The position numbers were made by a program, and so were the translations under genes. A stretch of 64,000 nt of DNA from Octopus bimaculoides (Eukaryota), in NCBI RefSeq assembly GCF_001194135.2, contig NC_068983.1, positions 103,356,836 through 103,420,835 of the forward strand, in the 5' to 3' direction. The notes under the pieces are model-generated. The model made no database searches. It was given only the letters and a program-made list of their open reading frames with translations, and was not told the DNA's origin. Shown piece by piece: positions 14,275-26,914 of this stretch. Positions within the stretch are counted from its first letter, which is position 1. Each line of letters begins with the position of its first letter.

Positions 14275-14550
14275 AAAGGTACTTAGAAAGTTACCCTCTG
14301 AGGCACAAGTCCGGGCAAGGTTGTTTGTGGAGGACCAGTAGTCACCCATGCAGTCCAACCTCCCCTCCACGCCACCAATGTTATCCAAGGGAAAGGCAAA
14401 GGTCGATATACGCTTAGCACTAGTGAACTGGAGCAACATGAAATAAAGTGTCTTGCTTAAGAGCACAACACACAGCCCAGTCTGGGAATTGAAATCACTA
14501 TCTCATGATTGTGAGCCTGATGCTCTTACCACTGAGCCATACGCCTTCTC
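14275..14550 (-). mobile_element. tRNA-derived SINE with a D-like head and a different tail
   Basis: TGGCTCAGTGGTAAGAGC...TTCAATTCCCAGACTGGG head followed by CTTAAGCAAGACACTTT core. Confidence 0.65.
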
Positions 14551-15819
14551 CTAGTTGGATTCAGCCATTCAATAAAGAGAGATCTATAAGTACAGGAATT
14601 AATACAATTGACTAAATATCTTTGAAGGCAGTGCCCCAGCAAGGCTACAGTCTAAAAACTGGAGCAATAGAAGTGTAAGAAAGTAATAAATATCTTTGTG
14701 TGATTAATTTACTGTAAAATTTGAACATATTGGTACATCATTTTAGTAAAGAAGTTTGTAACAAGATCATAGAATTTGATGACATTTTTCTAACAGCTAA
14801 AGTATTAGAAATCGTAAAACATCTTTGATCGTAGATCTAACCAGGATTACTTGATTAAAGATGACCTGGTGTTAAGTAATACCAAAGTATAATATTAAAA
14901 AAAAAATTTAAAAAAAAACAAAAAAACAAAACAGATTCAGCTCTTCTACACTTCACAGTCCTGTGTTGCTATCACTAAGTATATCTCCTGAAGTCTTTGT
15001 CAAACAAGCTGAAAATAAGTACCATGAGGAGGTACACATAAACACCATAATATGAGGGTTCACAATATATTTAAGGAATGTTCCATAAGCTTGCTGTACT
15101 AATTTCAAATCCTACCTGGTGCAATAGAAAACTCATTAAACTCAGCTAGCAGGCACAGAAAGAATGTTGGAGCCTATGATTGCTAGCATCACATACCCAT
15201 ATCCATACCCACTTCCAGTATGTTTTCATGATGAATCACACGATGATGTAATTCCATCTAGGGTGCCGCAGCCAATCAACTATGATCTTTCTGGTTAAAG
15301 ATGAAGAACGTCTACAGTTGACATTCAGCAATCATATAAGAGATATTCTCTTATCAGTTTGGTTTGTCACCATGTCATTCACACTGAAGCAAGAGAAAGA
15401 GAGGGAAAGAGAGAGAGACATGTGTGTGTGTGTGGGGGGAGAGACAAGAAGAGAAAGAGAAATACAGAAAAAGAGCGAGTAAAGGACTGAGATATATATA
15501 TATATATATATATATCTATATATACAGAGAGAGAGAGAGAGAGGAATGGGATACATGATGAGTGTGCAGATGTTTGTGTGTTTACATTTTTGTATCATTG
15601 CTACACTGCATTTGATGCTGAAAAGGCTATCTAGATGTAAAATATCACTGTAATTAGAGGTATAATGTTAAGCATATCCAAGAGAACTGTTAGGACAACA
15701 GTTGGGGCCAGGCAGAAAAAAATATTTATCTCTTTTAAAGGAACATGCAAAAATTGCCATTGAATCATGTATGTGTGTGCGGTTGTGTACATGTATATGC
15801 ACATACATATATGCATACA

Positions 15820-15853
<34 letters not shown>

Positions 15854-15952
15854 CCAAAGTAAGTACATAAATGCAAAACAAGGTGGAAAAAATAGTACTC
15901 AAATACCAGAGGAAGAGTAATATGCTTTATTAAAAAGCAGCAAAAATATCAC

Positions 15953-15996
15953 AAAAACTGTTACTCAGAGTTTCAGGTTTCCGTTCGGACAGTTTT
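15953..15996 (-). ncRNA. Degenerate minimal type I hammerhead ribozyme (second, inverted copy)
   Basis: Minus strand reads AAAACTGT-C[3-nt deletion]CGA-ACG-GAAA-CCT-GAA-ACTC-T-GAGT-A-ACAGTTTT. Confidence 0.6.
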
Positions 15997-16205
15997 GTTT
16001 AGAATGGAACAAAAATAAGGTTATAAGCAAACATATATAATTAGTTTAATGGATACACACTTGAAAACAGTTTTGTTTCATTGGTCCTTTCATTGTAAAG
16101 ACCATTGGTTGAAAGGACCAATGAAACAAAACCATTTTCAAATGTGTATCCATTAAACTAATTGTATATGTTTGCCTATAACCTTATTTTTGTTCCATTC
16201 TAAAC

Positions 16206-16251
16206 AAAACTGTCTGACAAACAGGAACGTGAAACTCTGAGTAACAGTTTT
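16206..16251 (+). ncRNA. Degenerate minimal type I hammerhead ribozyme
   Basis: Stem I AAAACTGT/ACAGTTTT, core CTGACAA (consensus CUGANGA), stem II ACA-GGAA-CGT, GAA, stem III ACTC-T-GAGT, GUA cleavage triplet. Confidence 0.7.
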
Positions 16252-16773
16252 TGTGATATTTTCGCTGCTTTTTAATAAAGTATATGTATATATATATATA
16301 TATATATATANNNNNNNNNNNNNNNNNNNNNNNNNNNNNNNNNNNNNNNNNNNNNNNNNNNNNNNNNNNNNNNNNNNNNNNNNNNNNNNNNNNNNNNNNN
16401 NNNNNNNNNNNNNNNNNNNNNNNNNNNNNNNNNNNNNNNNNNNNNNNNNNNNNNNNNNNNNNNNNNNNNNNNNNNNNNNNNNNNNNNNNNNNNNNNNNNN
16501 NNNNNNNNNNNNNNNNNNNNNNNNNNNNNNNNNNNNNNNNNNNNNNNNNNNNNNNNNNNNNNNNNNNNNNNNNNNNNNNNNNNNNNNNNNNNNNNNNNNN
16601 NNNNNNNNNNNNNNNNNNNNNNNNNNNNNNNNNNNNNNNNNNNNNNNNNNNNNNNNNNNNNNNNNNNNNNNNNNNNNNNNNNNNNNNNNNNNNNNNNNNN
16701 NNNNNNNNNNNNNNNNNNNNNNNNNNNNNNNNNNNNNNNNNNNNNNNNNNNNNNNNNNNNNNNNNNNNNNNNN

Positions 16774-17012
16774 CCATCCAAATGTGGCTGATGCCAGCAC
16801 TGTCTTGACTGGTTCCCGTGCCGGTGACACATAAAACGCACCATCCAATCATGGTCGATGACAGGCCCCCTCTGCCCCCTGTGCCGGTGGCATGTAAAAA
16901 GCAACTACTACACTCTCGGAGTCTGGTGCAGCTTTCCAGACCCCAGTCGAACCATCCATTCCATGCCAGCATGGAAAACAGACGTTAAATGATGATGATG
17001 ATGATGATGATG
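16774..17012 (+). mobile_element. RTE-type 3' tail repeat (family B)
   Basis: GCCGGTGGCATGTAAAAAGCA...CCATGCCAGCATGGAAAACAGACGTTAAA(TGA)n. Confidence 0.8.
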
Positions 17013-17311
17013 AATTCATTTCTTTTTTTTAGCCACAAGGGCTCAGGATGAAATTTATAAACATTTAACACATAGCCATGCACGTTTTCACGTATGCCTT
17101 TTAATCACATGACTATTAATATCACAGTCATGTGATTTGAGGAAATGTGCATAGCGATGCAGTAAATGTTTATGAATTTCATCCTAGGAATATCGTTATA
17201 AACCTACACTATAACTTGATGCAATCCCGAAAAACTGGCTCCCTAGTCAGCATAATTGAACAGGAGCTTTATTTACATATCCAAAACATTTCCCATAAAC
17301 AAATCTAAAAG

Positions 17312-17394
<83 letters not shown>

Positions 17395-17514
17395 TGTGTG
17401 TGTGTATGTATACACACACATATATACACCTATGCTTACATATGAATATGTGTGTGTATATATGGATATACATATGTATATATGCAATTATGTGTGTATC
17501 TATATATGTGTGTG

Positions 17515-17770
17515 AAGGTGTGTGGACAAGTGGTTAGGTTGCTGCACTCCTGATCACTAGATCATGTGTTCAATTCCCAGATAGGCTAGCACCTTGTGTT
17601 CTTGAGCTAAACACTTCATTTCATGTTGCCTCATGTCCCCCTATCTACCAGGGGGGAAGTGTTGACCTGCTCGCCTAGCCACAAGGGTGGTATCATTCAA
17701 AGGCTAAAACAATGCAAAGTGCATTGTGACTAGTGAGATGTAAAAACATCTGATAGTCTGGTCTGTCATG
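17515..17770 (+). mobile_element. Diverged tRNA-derived SINE
   Basis: AGTGGTTAGG...GTTCAATTCCCAG head and GTGTTCTTGAGCTAAACACTT core. Confidence 0.55.
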
Positions 17771-17778
17771 TGCTGTGC

Positions 17779-17835
<57 letters not shown>

Positions 17836-17984
17836 TACATATATACATACATACATGACTGCATGTGTATTCATTTATATATGTGTGTGGATATGTATGT
17901 ACAAACTCTTTTCCTCCTTCAGCCATAGAATTGTGGTGATATATTTAAATACAGGAAATTATTCCACAATATGTGAACAATGAT

Positions 17985-18140
17985 GACGGGGTGCAGAAAA
18001 GTTCCTGGCTTTAAGAGTATCGTGAAAGGCCTGATTGGGGGCCCACCTACTGAGTTCTTTTATAGGGCTTAGAAAAACTGAAAGACCATTGCAATAAGTG
18101 TGTGAATCTAAGATGGGAATATGTTCAATAAAATCATGTA
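17985..18140 (+). mobile_element. Short mariner-derived MITE fragment
   Basis: TIR-like ACGGGGTGCAGAAAAGTTCCTGG joined to sequence resembling a mariner transposase C-terminus (...CNKCVNL..EYV). Confidence 0.5.
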
Positions 18141-18144
18141 AAGA

Positions 18145-18445
18145 CATTCGAGCGAGATCGTTGCCAGTGCCGCCGAACTGGCTCCTGTGCAGGTGGCACG
18201 TAAAATACACCATTTTGAGTGTGGCCGTTGCCAGTACCGCTTGACTAGCCTTCGTGCCAGTGGCACATAAAAGCACCAACTACACTCTCGGACTGGTTGG
18301 CATTAGGAAGGGCATCCAGCTGTCGAAACTGCCAAATCAGATTGGAGCCTGGTGTAGCCATCTGGTTTCACCAGTCCTCAGTCAAATTGTCCAACCCATG
18401 CTAGCATGGAAAGCGGATGTTAAACGATGATGACGATAATGATGA
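18145..18445 (+). mobile_element. RTE-type 3' tail repeat (family B)
   Basis: GGTTGGCATTAGGAAGGGCATCCAGC...CATGCTAGCATGGAAAGCGGATGTTAAACGATGATG. Confidence 0.85.
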
Positions 18446-19324
18446 TAACTGATCCTCCTGAATTTTCTTTTACCTCAAGCCAGCAACTTTTCAGCACCCT
18501 TTCGTATAATATATATATATATATATACATACAACTAACAGGTTGCTGCATTGTTTCCTACAAAATATCACTCGTGAAGCTTTGGTTCAAGTGTTACATA
18601 GTGAAACTAAAGCCAGACCATACAGAGTTGTGAAGCAAAAATCTTTACTAAACAATCTTACCACTAAGCCATATCCACTTCACAATATTCTAAGGTAAGT
18701 TCATATATTCAAGGCACCCTAAAATATGAGAGAAGCTTATGTGATCCAAGAAAGAGAGAGAGATGACAGAGGCCCAGGGTGCATGGAAAAAAAAGGAGTA
18801 AGAGTATGCTGTCAGAAAGTGACATGAGTGATGACAAAGAGTACAGGAGGGACAGCGATGGCAGAGTGAAATGGGCACAAGTGGTCCAATTAACCACCTA
18901 CATATACATAGGTTGTGGAGACAAGCCAGAGGGATTGTAAGAGGGAGAACTGAAAGTAAGTGGATCCTATGCGTGTATGCAGTACAAAAGAGTGATCGGG
19001 AGAGGATCAAAATACATCCAATGGCATCCTTAGTTGCAATGAGTGAAAGCAAAGTACAGCAAGTATGTATGTATGTGTGCTTTTGTGGGAGAGAGAGAGA
19101 GAGAGAGAGATAGAGAGAGAGAGTGAGAGAGATAGAGAGTGAGAGTGTGTCTGTGTGTATGTGTGTAAATGATATATGAATGTATGAGTAAAAAAACCAT
19201 GTGTAAGTAAATGTGTGTGTGAGCATATATATATATATATATAAATGTATGTGTGTGCATATACATAAATAAACAGTTGTATGTTTATATATAAATGAGT
19301 ATATATTAATAAACAAATATATGA

Positions 19325-19366
<42 letters not shown>

Positions 19367-19391
19367 TATATATATATATATCTATATATAT

Positions 19392-19596
19392 GGCCCAGCC
19401 AGTCCACTTATGCGTACCTTCCTTCCTTCATTGGACACTAAACTCCACTTGCAAAGACCTGTTGAGGCAAGTGAAATCGAAATCGAGTTAAATTGGACAC
19501 TAAACTTCCACTTGCGAAGACCTGTTGAAGCAAGTGAAATTGAAATCGAGTTAAATTTGACGACTGGCACCCATGCCAACGTTGTCTCCCTCATTG
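19392..19596. repeat. Repeat with a tandem 62-bp unit, running into a gap
   Basis: ATTGGACACTAAACT(T)CCACTTGCRAAGACCTGTTGARGCAAGTGAAATYGAAATCGAGTTAA at 19430 and 19492. Confidence 0.75.
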
Positions 19597-20142
19597 NNNN
19601 NNNNNNNNNNNNNNNNNNNNNNNNNNNNNNNNNNNNNNNNNNNNNNNNNNNNNNNNNNNNNNNNNNNNNNNNNNNNNNNNNNNNNNNNNNNNNNNNNNNN
19701 NNNNNNNNNNNNNNNNNNNNNNNNNNNNNNNNNNNNNNNNNNNNNNNNNNNNNNNNNNNNNNNNNNNNNNNNNNNNNNNNNNNNNNNNNNNNNNNNNNNN
19801 NNNNNNNNNNNNNNNNNNNNNNNNNNNNNNNNNNNNNNNNNNNNNNNNNNNNNNNNNNNNNNNNNNNNNNNNNNNNNNNNNNNNNNNNNNNNNNNNNNNN
19901 NNNNNNNNNNNNNNNNNNNNNNNNNNNNNNNNNNNNNNNNNNNNNNNNNNNNNNNNNNNNNNNNNNNNNNNNNNNNNNNNNNNNNNNNNNNNNNNNNNNN
20001 NNNNNNNNNNNNNNNNNNNNNNNNNNNNNNNNNNNNNNNNNNNNNNNNNNNNNNNNNNNNNNNNNNNNNNNNNNNNNNNNNNNNNNNNNNNNNNNNNNNN
20101 NNNNNNNNNNNNNNNNNNNNNNNNNNNNNNNNNNNNNNNNNN

Positions 20143-20173
<31 letters not shown>

Positions 20174-20635
20174 CTATATATAAATACACACACATACATA
20201 ATTATCATGTTAGAAAGTAAAATGTCAAAACCATTGTAAGAGTTAAAGAAACACCAACGACAGACTTTCTGCACATCTGACCTAGAAGATAGGTCATTGG
20301 CCTAGTTATTTAACATCTTTGTTTGTGGCTTTCTGTTTTGCTTCTGTTCATTCAGAGAGAAGAACATATATGTGGTATGTTAAGCAGCATGGGACTTAGT
20401 ACTAGTTAAACATTTGGTTAGTAAACAACCAGCTTTACCTGCAACAATTCATCTGTTTTAACTTATCATTGGGTTGCAGTGACATTAGGCAAAGAGGAAA
20501 ATATCTCAATCAATAGTAAAATCATTTAGGATTAATTTACAAATTAGCTAAACTGCACATATGCATGCACACACACATACACGTATGCATACATACACGT
20601 GTGTGTATATATGTGTGTGTGTGTGTGTGTGTGTA

Positions 20636-20695
<60 letters not shown>

Positions 20696-21354
20696 TACAC
20701 TTATATACACACATGTACACTGTATATGCACATGTGCACACACTCAAGCACACGTGCATGTATTGCACAAAAGCTGACAGTATAAGAAAAATATGGAGGT
20801 TAAAAACAGAAAAACAATAACTGAAAGTAATCAATAAGTCAGGATTTTATATTATAGCAAAACAGAAGAAAATAACAACATTAGTTTGTGAAATTAATTA
20901 AGAAAATTGTTTAGATAATGTATTTATTTTCTCATTGCTTAAAAAGCTCTGAGTAGTCTAATTATAAAACATACATTGCCATGATGGTAGCTTTTGGAAT
21001 TGGTAATGGTAAATCCCTTCTCTTCGGCAACAACAAAGCAAAAGCAACCTTGGAAAATATGATGATATTTGAGATATAGAATTAAATACTGTTTGTTTTG
21101 TATTCTTTTCTTTAATATATATTTCTCTTTGTTTTCAGTTTATCATGTTTTGGATTTAGTACCCACTTATAATTTTGTTGGTATAGTTGATACTGTTTAA
21201 TCATAAAAACTGTTGCATCCTATTCTAGAATATATTTTGTTTACCCAAAGCCTTAAGTCTTTAAAGGAAGATCTAAAGAAAATAAACTACATTTATTACC
21301 ACCAATGTAACACAAGTGAATCTGAAGGACCAGTCTTTCGTGACACAACAGTAC

Positions 21355-21560
21355 TAATAATTTTTTCTATTATAAGCACAAGGCCTGAAATTTTAGTCAG
21401 TCACATCAACCCCCAGTAATCAACTGGTACTTATTTTATCGACCTTAAAAGGATGAAAGGCAGAGATGACCTTGGTGGGATTTGAACTCAGGAACATAAA
21501 AAAAGGACAAATTGCTGGAAAGTATTTTTGTCTGGCATACTAACAAGGTTCTGCAGCTCT
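21355..21560 (-). mobile_element. SINE family C
   Basis: Same core as the 28.8-kb array. Confidence 0.75.
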
Positions 21561-21748
21561 ATTAATAAATAACCAATCTAAGAGAGATAACTGACTACAA
21601 CCACCCTGTTAACCCTTTTGATAACATCTTGCCTAAAACTGCCCTTGGTCCTTTGATGCAAACTTCCTGCTTCAAAGTCATCTAAATTAAAACTTACCAT
21701 TAAAATTTCATGTTAATTTATATTTCAAATAACAGCTTGATAATTACG

Positions 21749-21844
21749 ATTTTTTCACAAAATTCCTGTTTTCAAAATTTATTGAAACATAAGCACAATT
21801 TTTTCACAAAATTCCTGTTTTCAAAATTTATTGAAACATAAGCA
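21749..21844. repeat. Tandem duplication, period 49 bp
   Basis: 47 identical bases ATTTTTTCACAAAATTCC...GAAACATAAGCA occur twice. Confidence 0.85.
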
Positions 21845-21969
21845 GTCTATTTCAACACAAATATGTTAACAAATGACATTGCTTCTAAATAGATAATGAT
21901 TAACAACAGGTAAGAAAGCAATATTTCTTTTGGTTGGTTAGTTAAAGATGCTAAGGTCAGTAGGCAATA

Positions 21970-22190
21970 TCATCATTATCATCGTTTAATGTCCACTTTC
22001 CATGCTAGCATGGGTTGGACGATTTGACCGAGGACTGGTGAACCAGATGGCTACACCAGGCTCCAATCTGATTTGGCAGAGCTTCTACAGCTGGATGCCC
22101 TTCCTAACGCCAACCACTCAGAGAGTATAGTGGGTGCTTTTACGTGTCACCCACACGAAGGCCAGTCAGGCGGTACTTGCAACGGTCAGT
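21970..22190 (-). mobile_element. RTE-type 3' tail repeat (family B)
   Basis: Near-identical to the 3' end of the RTE LINE at 25338. Confidence 0.85.
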
Positions 22191-22374
22191 AGGCAATATA
22201 AAGCAAGAATATATTTATACATCAATACACGTACAAATATGACTGGTGTGTTCTTATGTCCACTGAAGACTGCCAGTGGTTCATCTTGGACAAGATTTGC
22301 TTATGGGGGTAGCTGGAGTTCTTTGTCCTTATATGCTACCAAGTTTAACACCAATACTTGGCCTTCGGATGCTT

Positions 22375-22552
22375 TTAACAGAATTCAAGCTGTTGCAAGT
22401 ATTTAAACCAGATTCCCACCATAGTTTCTTCCTGGTTCACATTTTCCTTGAAGACAATGGTCCGTATGTATTCAAGCAGAACATCAGATATATTCATCTC
22501 CTTAATCTGGGGAAACCAACAGTAGTTATGTGTACTGTCTCTTCTCCCTGGA
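22375..22552 (-). CDS. Candidate coding exon ending in a stop
   Basis: Acceptor gctttctcatttataaattag|, then 58 open codons (PGRRDSTHNYCWFPQIKEMNISDVLLEYIRTIVFKENVNQEETMVGIWFKYLQQLEFC*). Could equally be decayed TE sequence. Confidence 0.2.
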
Positions 22553-23147
22553 CTAATTTATAAATGAGAAAGCAAACAAACAAACTTGTCACTATATCCC
22601 AGCAACAAACTTGGCAAAGATGACCAGAGGTGATTTGGATGCAAAAATACATTGTATTTATCCTCAAGATACGAAAAATAAAGCAAAGCAAAAGTGACTG
22701 ACTAACATCAAAAACAACTCTTTTTAGTCATTGATGTATGTATGCTTGGCAGATTTCAGAGTTCCTGGAGTTTCAAGAAATGGTAACATGAATAATCAAC
22801 CTAAATTTACTGAACGGAATAAAGTAAATATCAACTACACTTTCAATTTGTCAGAAACNNNNNNNNNNGAAACAATTCTCTTTTTTTTTTGTGTGTGTGT
22901 GTGTGTGTGTGTGTGGTTTTTTTTTTTGTTCACTCTTTTCCATCAAGCTTCCCATGCTTGAAAAGGAAACTAGATGCTTTATTTATTAGAGTGATTGTCG
23001 TTGTTAAACCGGAGGACATCCCTTCTTACATACAATGTGAAACCCAGTGGTTACATATGACATTGTACATGAGAAATATTCAGGGGAAATAAAACCTATT
23101 ATGTTAATATGTATTTTATTCATGTCATAAGACTTTTATAAACTACA

Positions 23148-23303
23148 AGCACAGACGTGACTGTGTGGTAAGAGACTTGCTTCCCAGCCACATGGTTCCA
23201 AGTTCAGTCCCATTGTGTAGCACTTTAGGCAAGCTACTATATACTTAAGCTGACCAAAGCCTTGTGAGTGAATTCAGTAGACAGAAACTGAAAGAAGCCC
23301 ACC

Positions 23304-23395
<92 letters not shown>

Positions 23396-23625
23396 AAGTG
23401 TGCATGTCATTGTGCCTGTGTTGGTCTCCCTGCCACTGCTTGATAACCGGTGTTGGTGTGTTTGCGTTCCTGTAACTTAGTGGTACGGCAAAGAGACTAC
23501 TTATTCTAATAAGTACCAGGTCTTAAAAAAATAATTACTGGTGTCAATTCAATCTACTAAAAAAATTCAAGGCAGTGCTCCAGCATGGTTGCAGTCTAAT
23601 GACTGAAATAAATAAAAGATAAAAG
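23148..23625 (+). mobile_element. SINE family A with expanded internal (TA)n
   Basis: Full head, body and tail match to the other copies. Confidence 0.85.
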
Positions 23626-24087
23626 ATATCAAGAGAACATAAAATAATCCCTATTTAGAATAGTATATAATGCACATCTAAAACTGCAAACAATAGCATG
23701 CCTACAGGAGATATAGGTCCCATGTGTCGCCTTCAACTTTTTCTAATCAAAGGGATTTTCAACCCAGTATTTACATGCTATTGTTTAAAGTTTTATATGT
23801 GTACTTTGAGATAAACTATTCCAAAAAAAGTTGATTTCATATATTTCATATTGCAATTGGTGAACATCAGTTTCATTAGTTACATATTCGTGACAGTGCA
23901 ATCACTAGTTCACATCATTTTTAATGGCAACAGCGACAAGGGATTATCTGTGCAGTTCAGACAGAACAGAGTGCACTTTAGTTTAAAAGCTCTAATTTTC
24001 TTAATAATTTACATCTTTCTCTAATATATACTGACAAAAGATTTGCATACACACACACACGTAAAATACAGATACATACACATATAT

Positions 24088-24284
24088 CTTTTATCTTTTA
24101 CTTGTTTCATGTACTGAACTGTGGCCACACTGGAGCTATAGTCAGACACTTGCCCAAGGTGCCACACAGTGAGACTGAACCAGAAACCACATGGTAACAA
24201 AATGATCTTCTTAATCATACAGCAATGCCTCCCCCACCACACACAAATGCATCTATTTATCTGTCTGTCTGTCTGTCTTTCTCT

Positions 24285-24338
<54 letters not shown>

Positions 24339-24650
24339 GGCTGTATAACTAAGATTACTTTGTTGCCATGTGGCTTCTGGTTCAGTCTCACTGCATGGCA
24401 CCTTGGGCAAATGTCTTTGACTATAGCTCCAGCATGGCCAGTTCAATAACTGAAACAAGTAAAAGATAAAAAAATATATGTGTATGTATGTATATAATGT
24501 CAGGATACTGCGCAGTTTCTGCCAAGCAAATTCCATTCACAGAGCATAGGTGAACCCGAGGTTATGGTAGCAGACATTTGCCCAAAGTACCAAGCAGTAA
24601 GATGAACATGGTTATGAAGTGAACTACTTAACTGCCCAGTCACACCTGCA
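24088..24650. mobile_element. Cluster of rearranged SINE family A fragments in both orientations
   Basis: Minus-strand head at ~24088-24225, plus-strand head/tail fusion at ~24335-24465, minus-strand head at ~24520-24650. Confidence 0.65.
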
Positions 24651-25306
24651 TTCAAACTGAAATTGCAGTATTGAAAGAAGTTTCAAATACTTTAGAACAT
24701 ACTAAAAATTTAAAATATGAAATCCCCCAAAAGTTCTCTCAAAAATGAAAGTCAAAATATATATTAAGCTCCTCTTCTTATAAGAAAATTTTAAGTTTTA
24801 ACCCTACTTAAGTAACATAAACCTTTTCTATTTTCTTAAATAATTTGCCTTGATAATGTGATCGGAAGAATACAAGTCAGTCTTTTGTCCAATATGAAAG
24901 GACAATAATTATAATTCGGTAATAAAATGTTATGTAAAAGAAATTTTCAAAATAAGTCCTTAACTGAAGCCAAGGTGGTAAAGGAAAGCAAATTTAATGC
25001 ACGGTTAGCAAATTTGATTAACTAAACATTTTTTCTATTTAATTATAGGTTTCTACAGGAAGATAAGAAAAAGGAAAATGTTTTAAACCAAGTCTACGAT
25101 TAGCTAAAAATAAATCACTTGCTCTACACTTGAAATACTGACTAACAAAATAAACATATAAATTAAAAAGTGAAAAAAGAAAGAAAAAGAAAAAATTTTT
25201 GTATAAAATTGAATACGATAACTCATTTTGAATATAAACATATTTATAACTTGAGATTCAGTATCAAAAATAAACTATTAAGTGCATGTGTATATGTGTA
25301 TAATTC

Positions 25307-25337
<31 letters not shown>

Positions 25338-25340
<3 letters not shown>

Positions 25341-26482
25341 CATCATCATCATCATCATCGTTTAACGTCCGCTTTCCATGCTAGCATGGGTTGGACGACT
25401 TGACTGAGGACTGGTGAAACCGGATGGCAACACCAGGCTCCAATCTAAATTTGGCAGAGTTTCTACAGCTGGATGCCCTTCCTAACGCCAACCACTCAGA
25501 GAGTGTAGTAGGTGCTTTTACGTGTCACCTGCACGAAGGCCAGTCAGGCGATACTGGCAACAGCCACGCTCGAAATGGTGTCTTTTATGTGCCANNNNNN
25601 NNNNNNNNNNNNNNNNNNNNNNNNNNNNNNNNNNNNNNNNNNNNNNNNNNNNNNNNNNNNNNNNNNNNNNNNNNNNNNNNNNNNNNNNNNNNNNNNNNNN
25701 NNNNNNNNNNNNNNNNNNNNNNNNNNNNNNNNNNNNNNNNNNNNNNNNNNNNNNNNNNNNNNNNNNNNNNNNNNNNNNNNNNNNNNNNNNNNNNNNNNNN
25801 NNNNNNNNNNNNNNNNNNNNNNNNNNNNNNNNNNNNNNNNNNNNNNNNNNNNNNNNNNNNNNNNNNNNNNNNNNNNNNNNNNNNNNNNNNNNNNNNNNNN
25901 NNNNNNNNNNNNNNNNNNNNNNNNNNNNNNNNNNNNNNNNNNNNNNNNNNNNNNNNNNNNNNNNNNNNNNNNNNNNNNNNNNNNNNNNNNNNNNNNNNNN
26001 NNNNNNNNNNNNNNNNNNNNNNNNNNNNNNNNNNNNNNNNNNNNNNNNNNNNNNNNNNNNNNNNNNNNNNNNNNNNNNNNNNNNNNNNNNNNNNNNNNNN
26101 NNNNNNNNNNNNNNNNNNNNNNNNNNNNNNNNNNNNNNNNNNNNNNNNNNNNNNNNNNNNNNNNNNNNNNNNNNNNNNNNNNNNNNNNNNNNNNNNNNNN
26201 NNNNNNNNNNNNNNNNNGGCTGTTCGTACACATGCGTCATACAGTCTGCCTTTTACTCTGAGTGAGAGTCCCTTTGTCGCCAGCAGGGGTAAGAGCTCTC
26301 TAAACTTTGCCCAGGCTATTCTTATTCTAGCAGCTACACTTTCAGCGCAGAATAAGAATAGCCTGGGCAAAGTTTAGAGAGCTCTTACCCCTGCTGGCGA
26401 CAAAGGGACTCTCACTCAGAGTAAAAGGCAGACTGTATGACGCATGTGTACGAACAGCCATGCTACATGGCAGTGAAACATG
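25338..26482 (-). mobile_element. 5'-truncated RTE-clade LINE spanning a gap, with an inverted duplication at its 5' end
   Basis: RT C-terminal block AARIRIAWAKFRELLPLLATKGLSLRVKGRLYDACVRTA(MLHGSET), plus the RTE-type 3' tail ending in (GAT)n at 25338-25594. Confidence 0.9.
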
Positions 26483-26594
26483 AGACTATGTTACAATGAA
26501 ATAGACATTTACAAATTGATTTTAATGACCTTTACTCACATACAAATGTGTGTGTATTCCTATATTAATATAATCTGGGTAATAACCTTATAGT

Positions 26595-26795
26595 TTGTTT
26601 TCCACAAGGTCAGAATTTGGGGGGGAAGGGGTAGTTGATTACATTGAGCCCAGTGCATGACTGGAACTTATTTTATCAACCCAGAAGGACAAAAGGTAAA
26701 GTCGACCTCAGCAGAATTTGAACTCAGAACATAGTGACAGATGAAATGCAGCTTAGCCTGGTATGTTAACGATCCTGCCAGCTCACCACCTCCAA
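26595..26795 (-). mobile_element. SINE family C
   Basis: Same core as the 28.8-kb array. Confidence 0.75.
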
Positions 26796-26914
26796 CTATT
26801 ATACATAGCTATATAGTCTACGTTACAAATTGAGTTCTTTTCTCCTATTCATAACAACCAAGGTAATATATGTATTATAAACACACACACACACACACAC
26901 AAATATATATAAAC

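Larger units (their letters stand above)
15852..16285. mobile_element. Penelope-like element end (inverted pseudo-LTR pair) between (TA)n tracts
   Basis: Inverted arms 15920-16092 and 16110-16285 with a 17-nt spacer, each holding a minimal hammerhead motif. Minimal type I hammerheads in pseudo-LTRs are a known feature of Penelope-like elements. No RT is visible, so the class is inferred. Confidence 0.6.

Noticed and set aside
20356-21180. Possible plus-strand micro-exons with good splice signals (19 nt at ~20356, 42 nt at ~21139)
   Set aside because: No further compatible exons or homology. Such signals arise often in pyrimidine-rich AT DNA.
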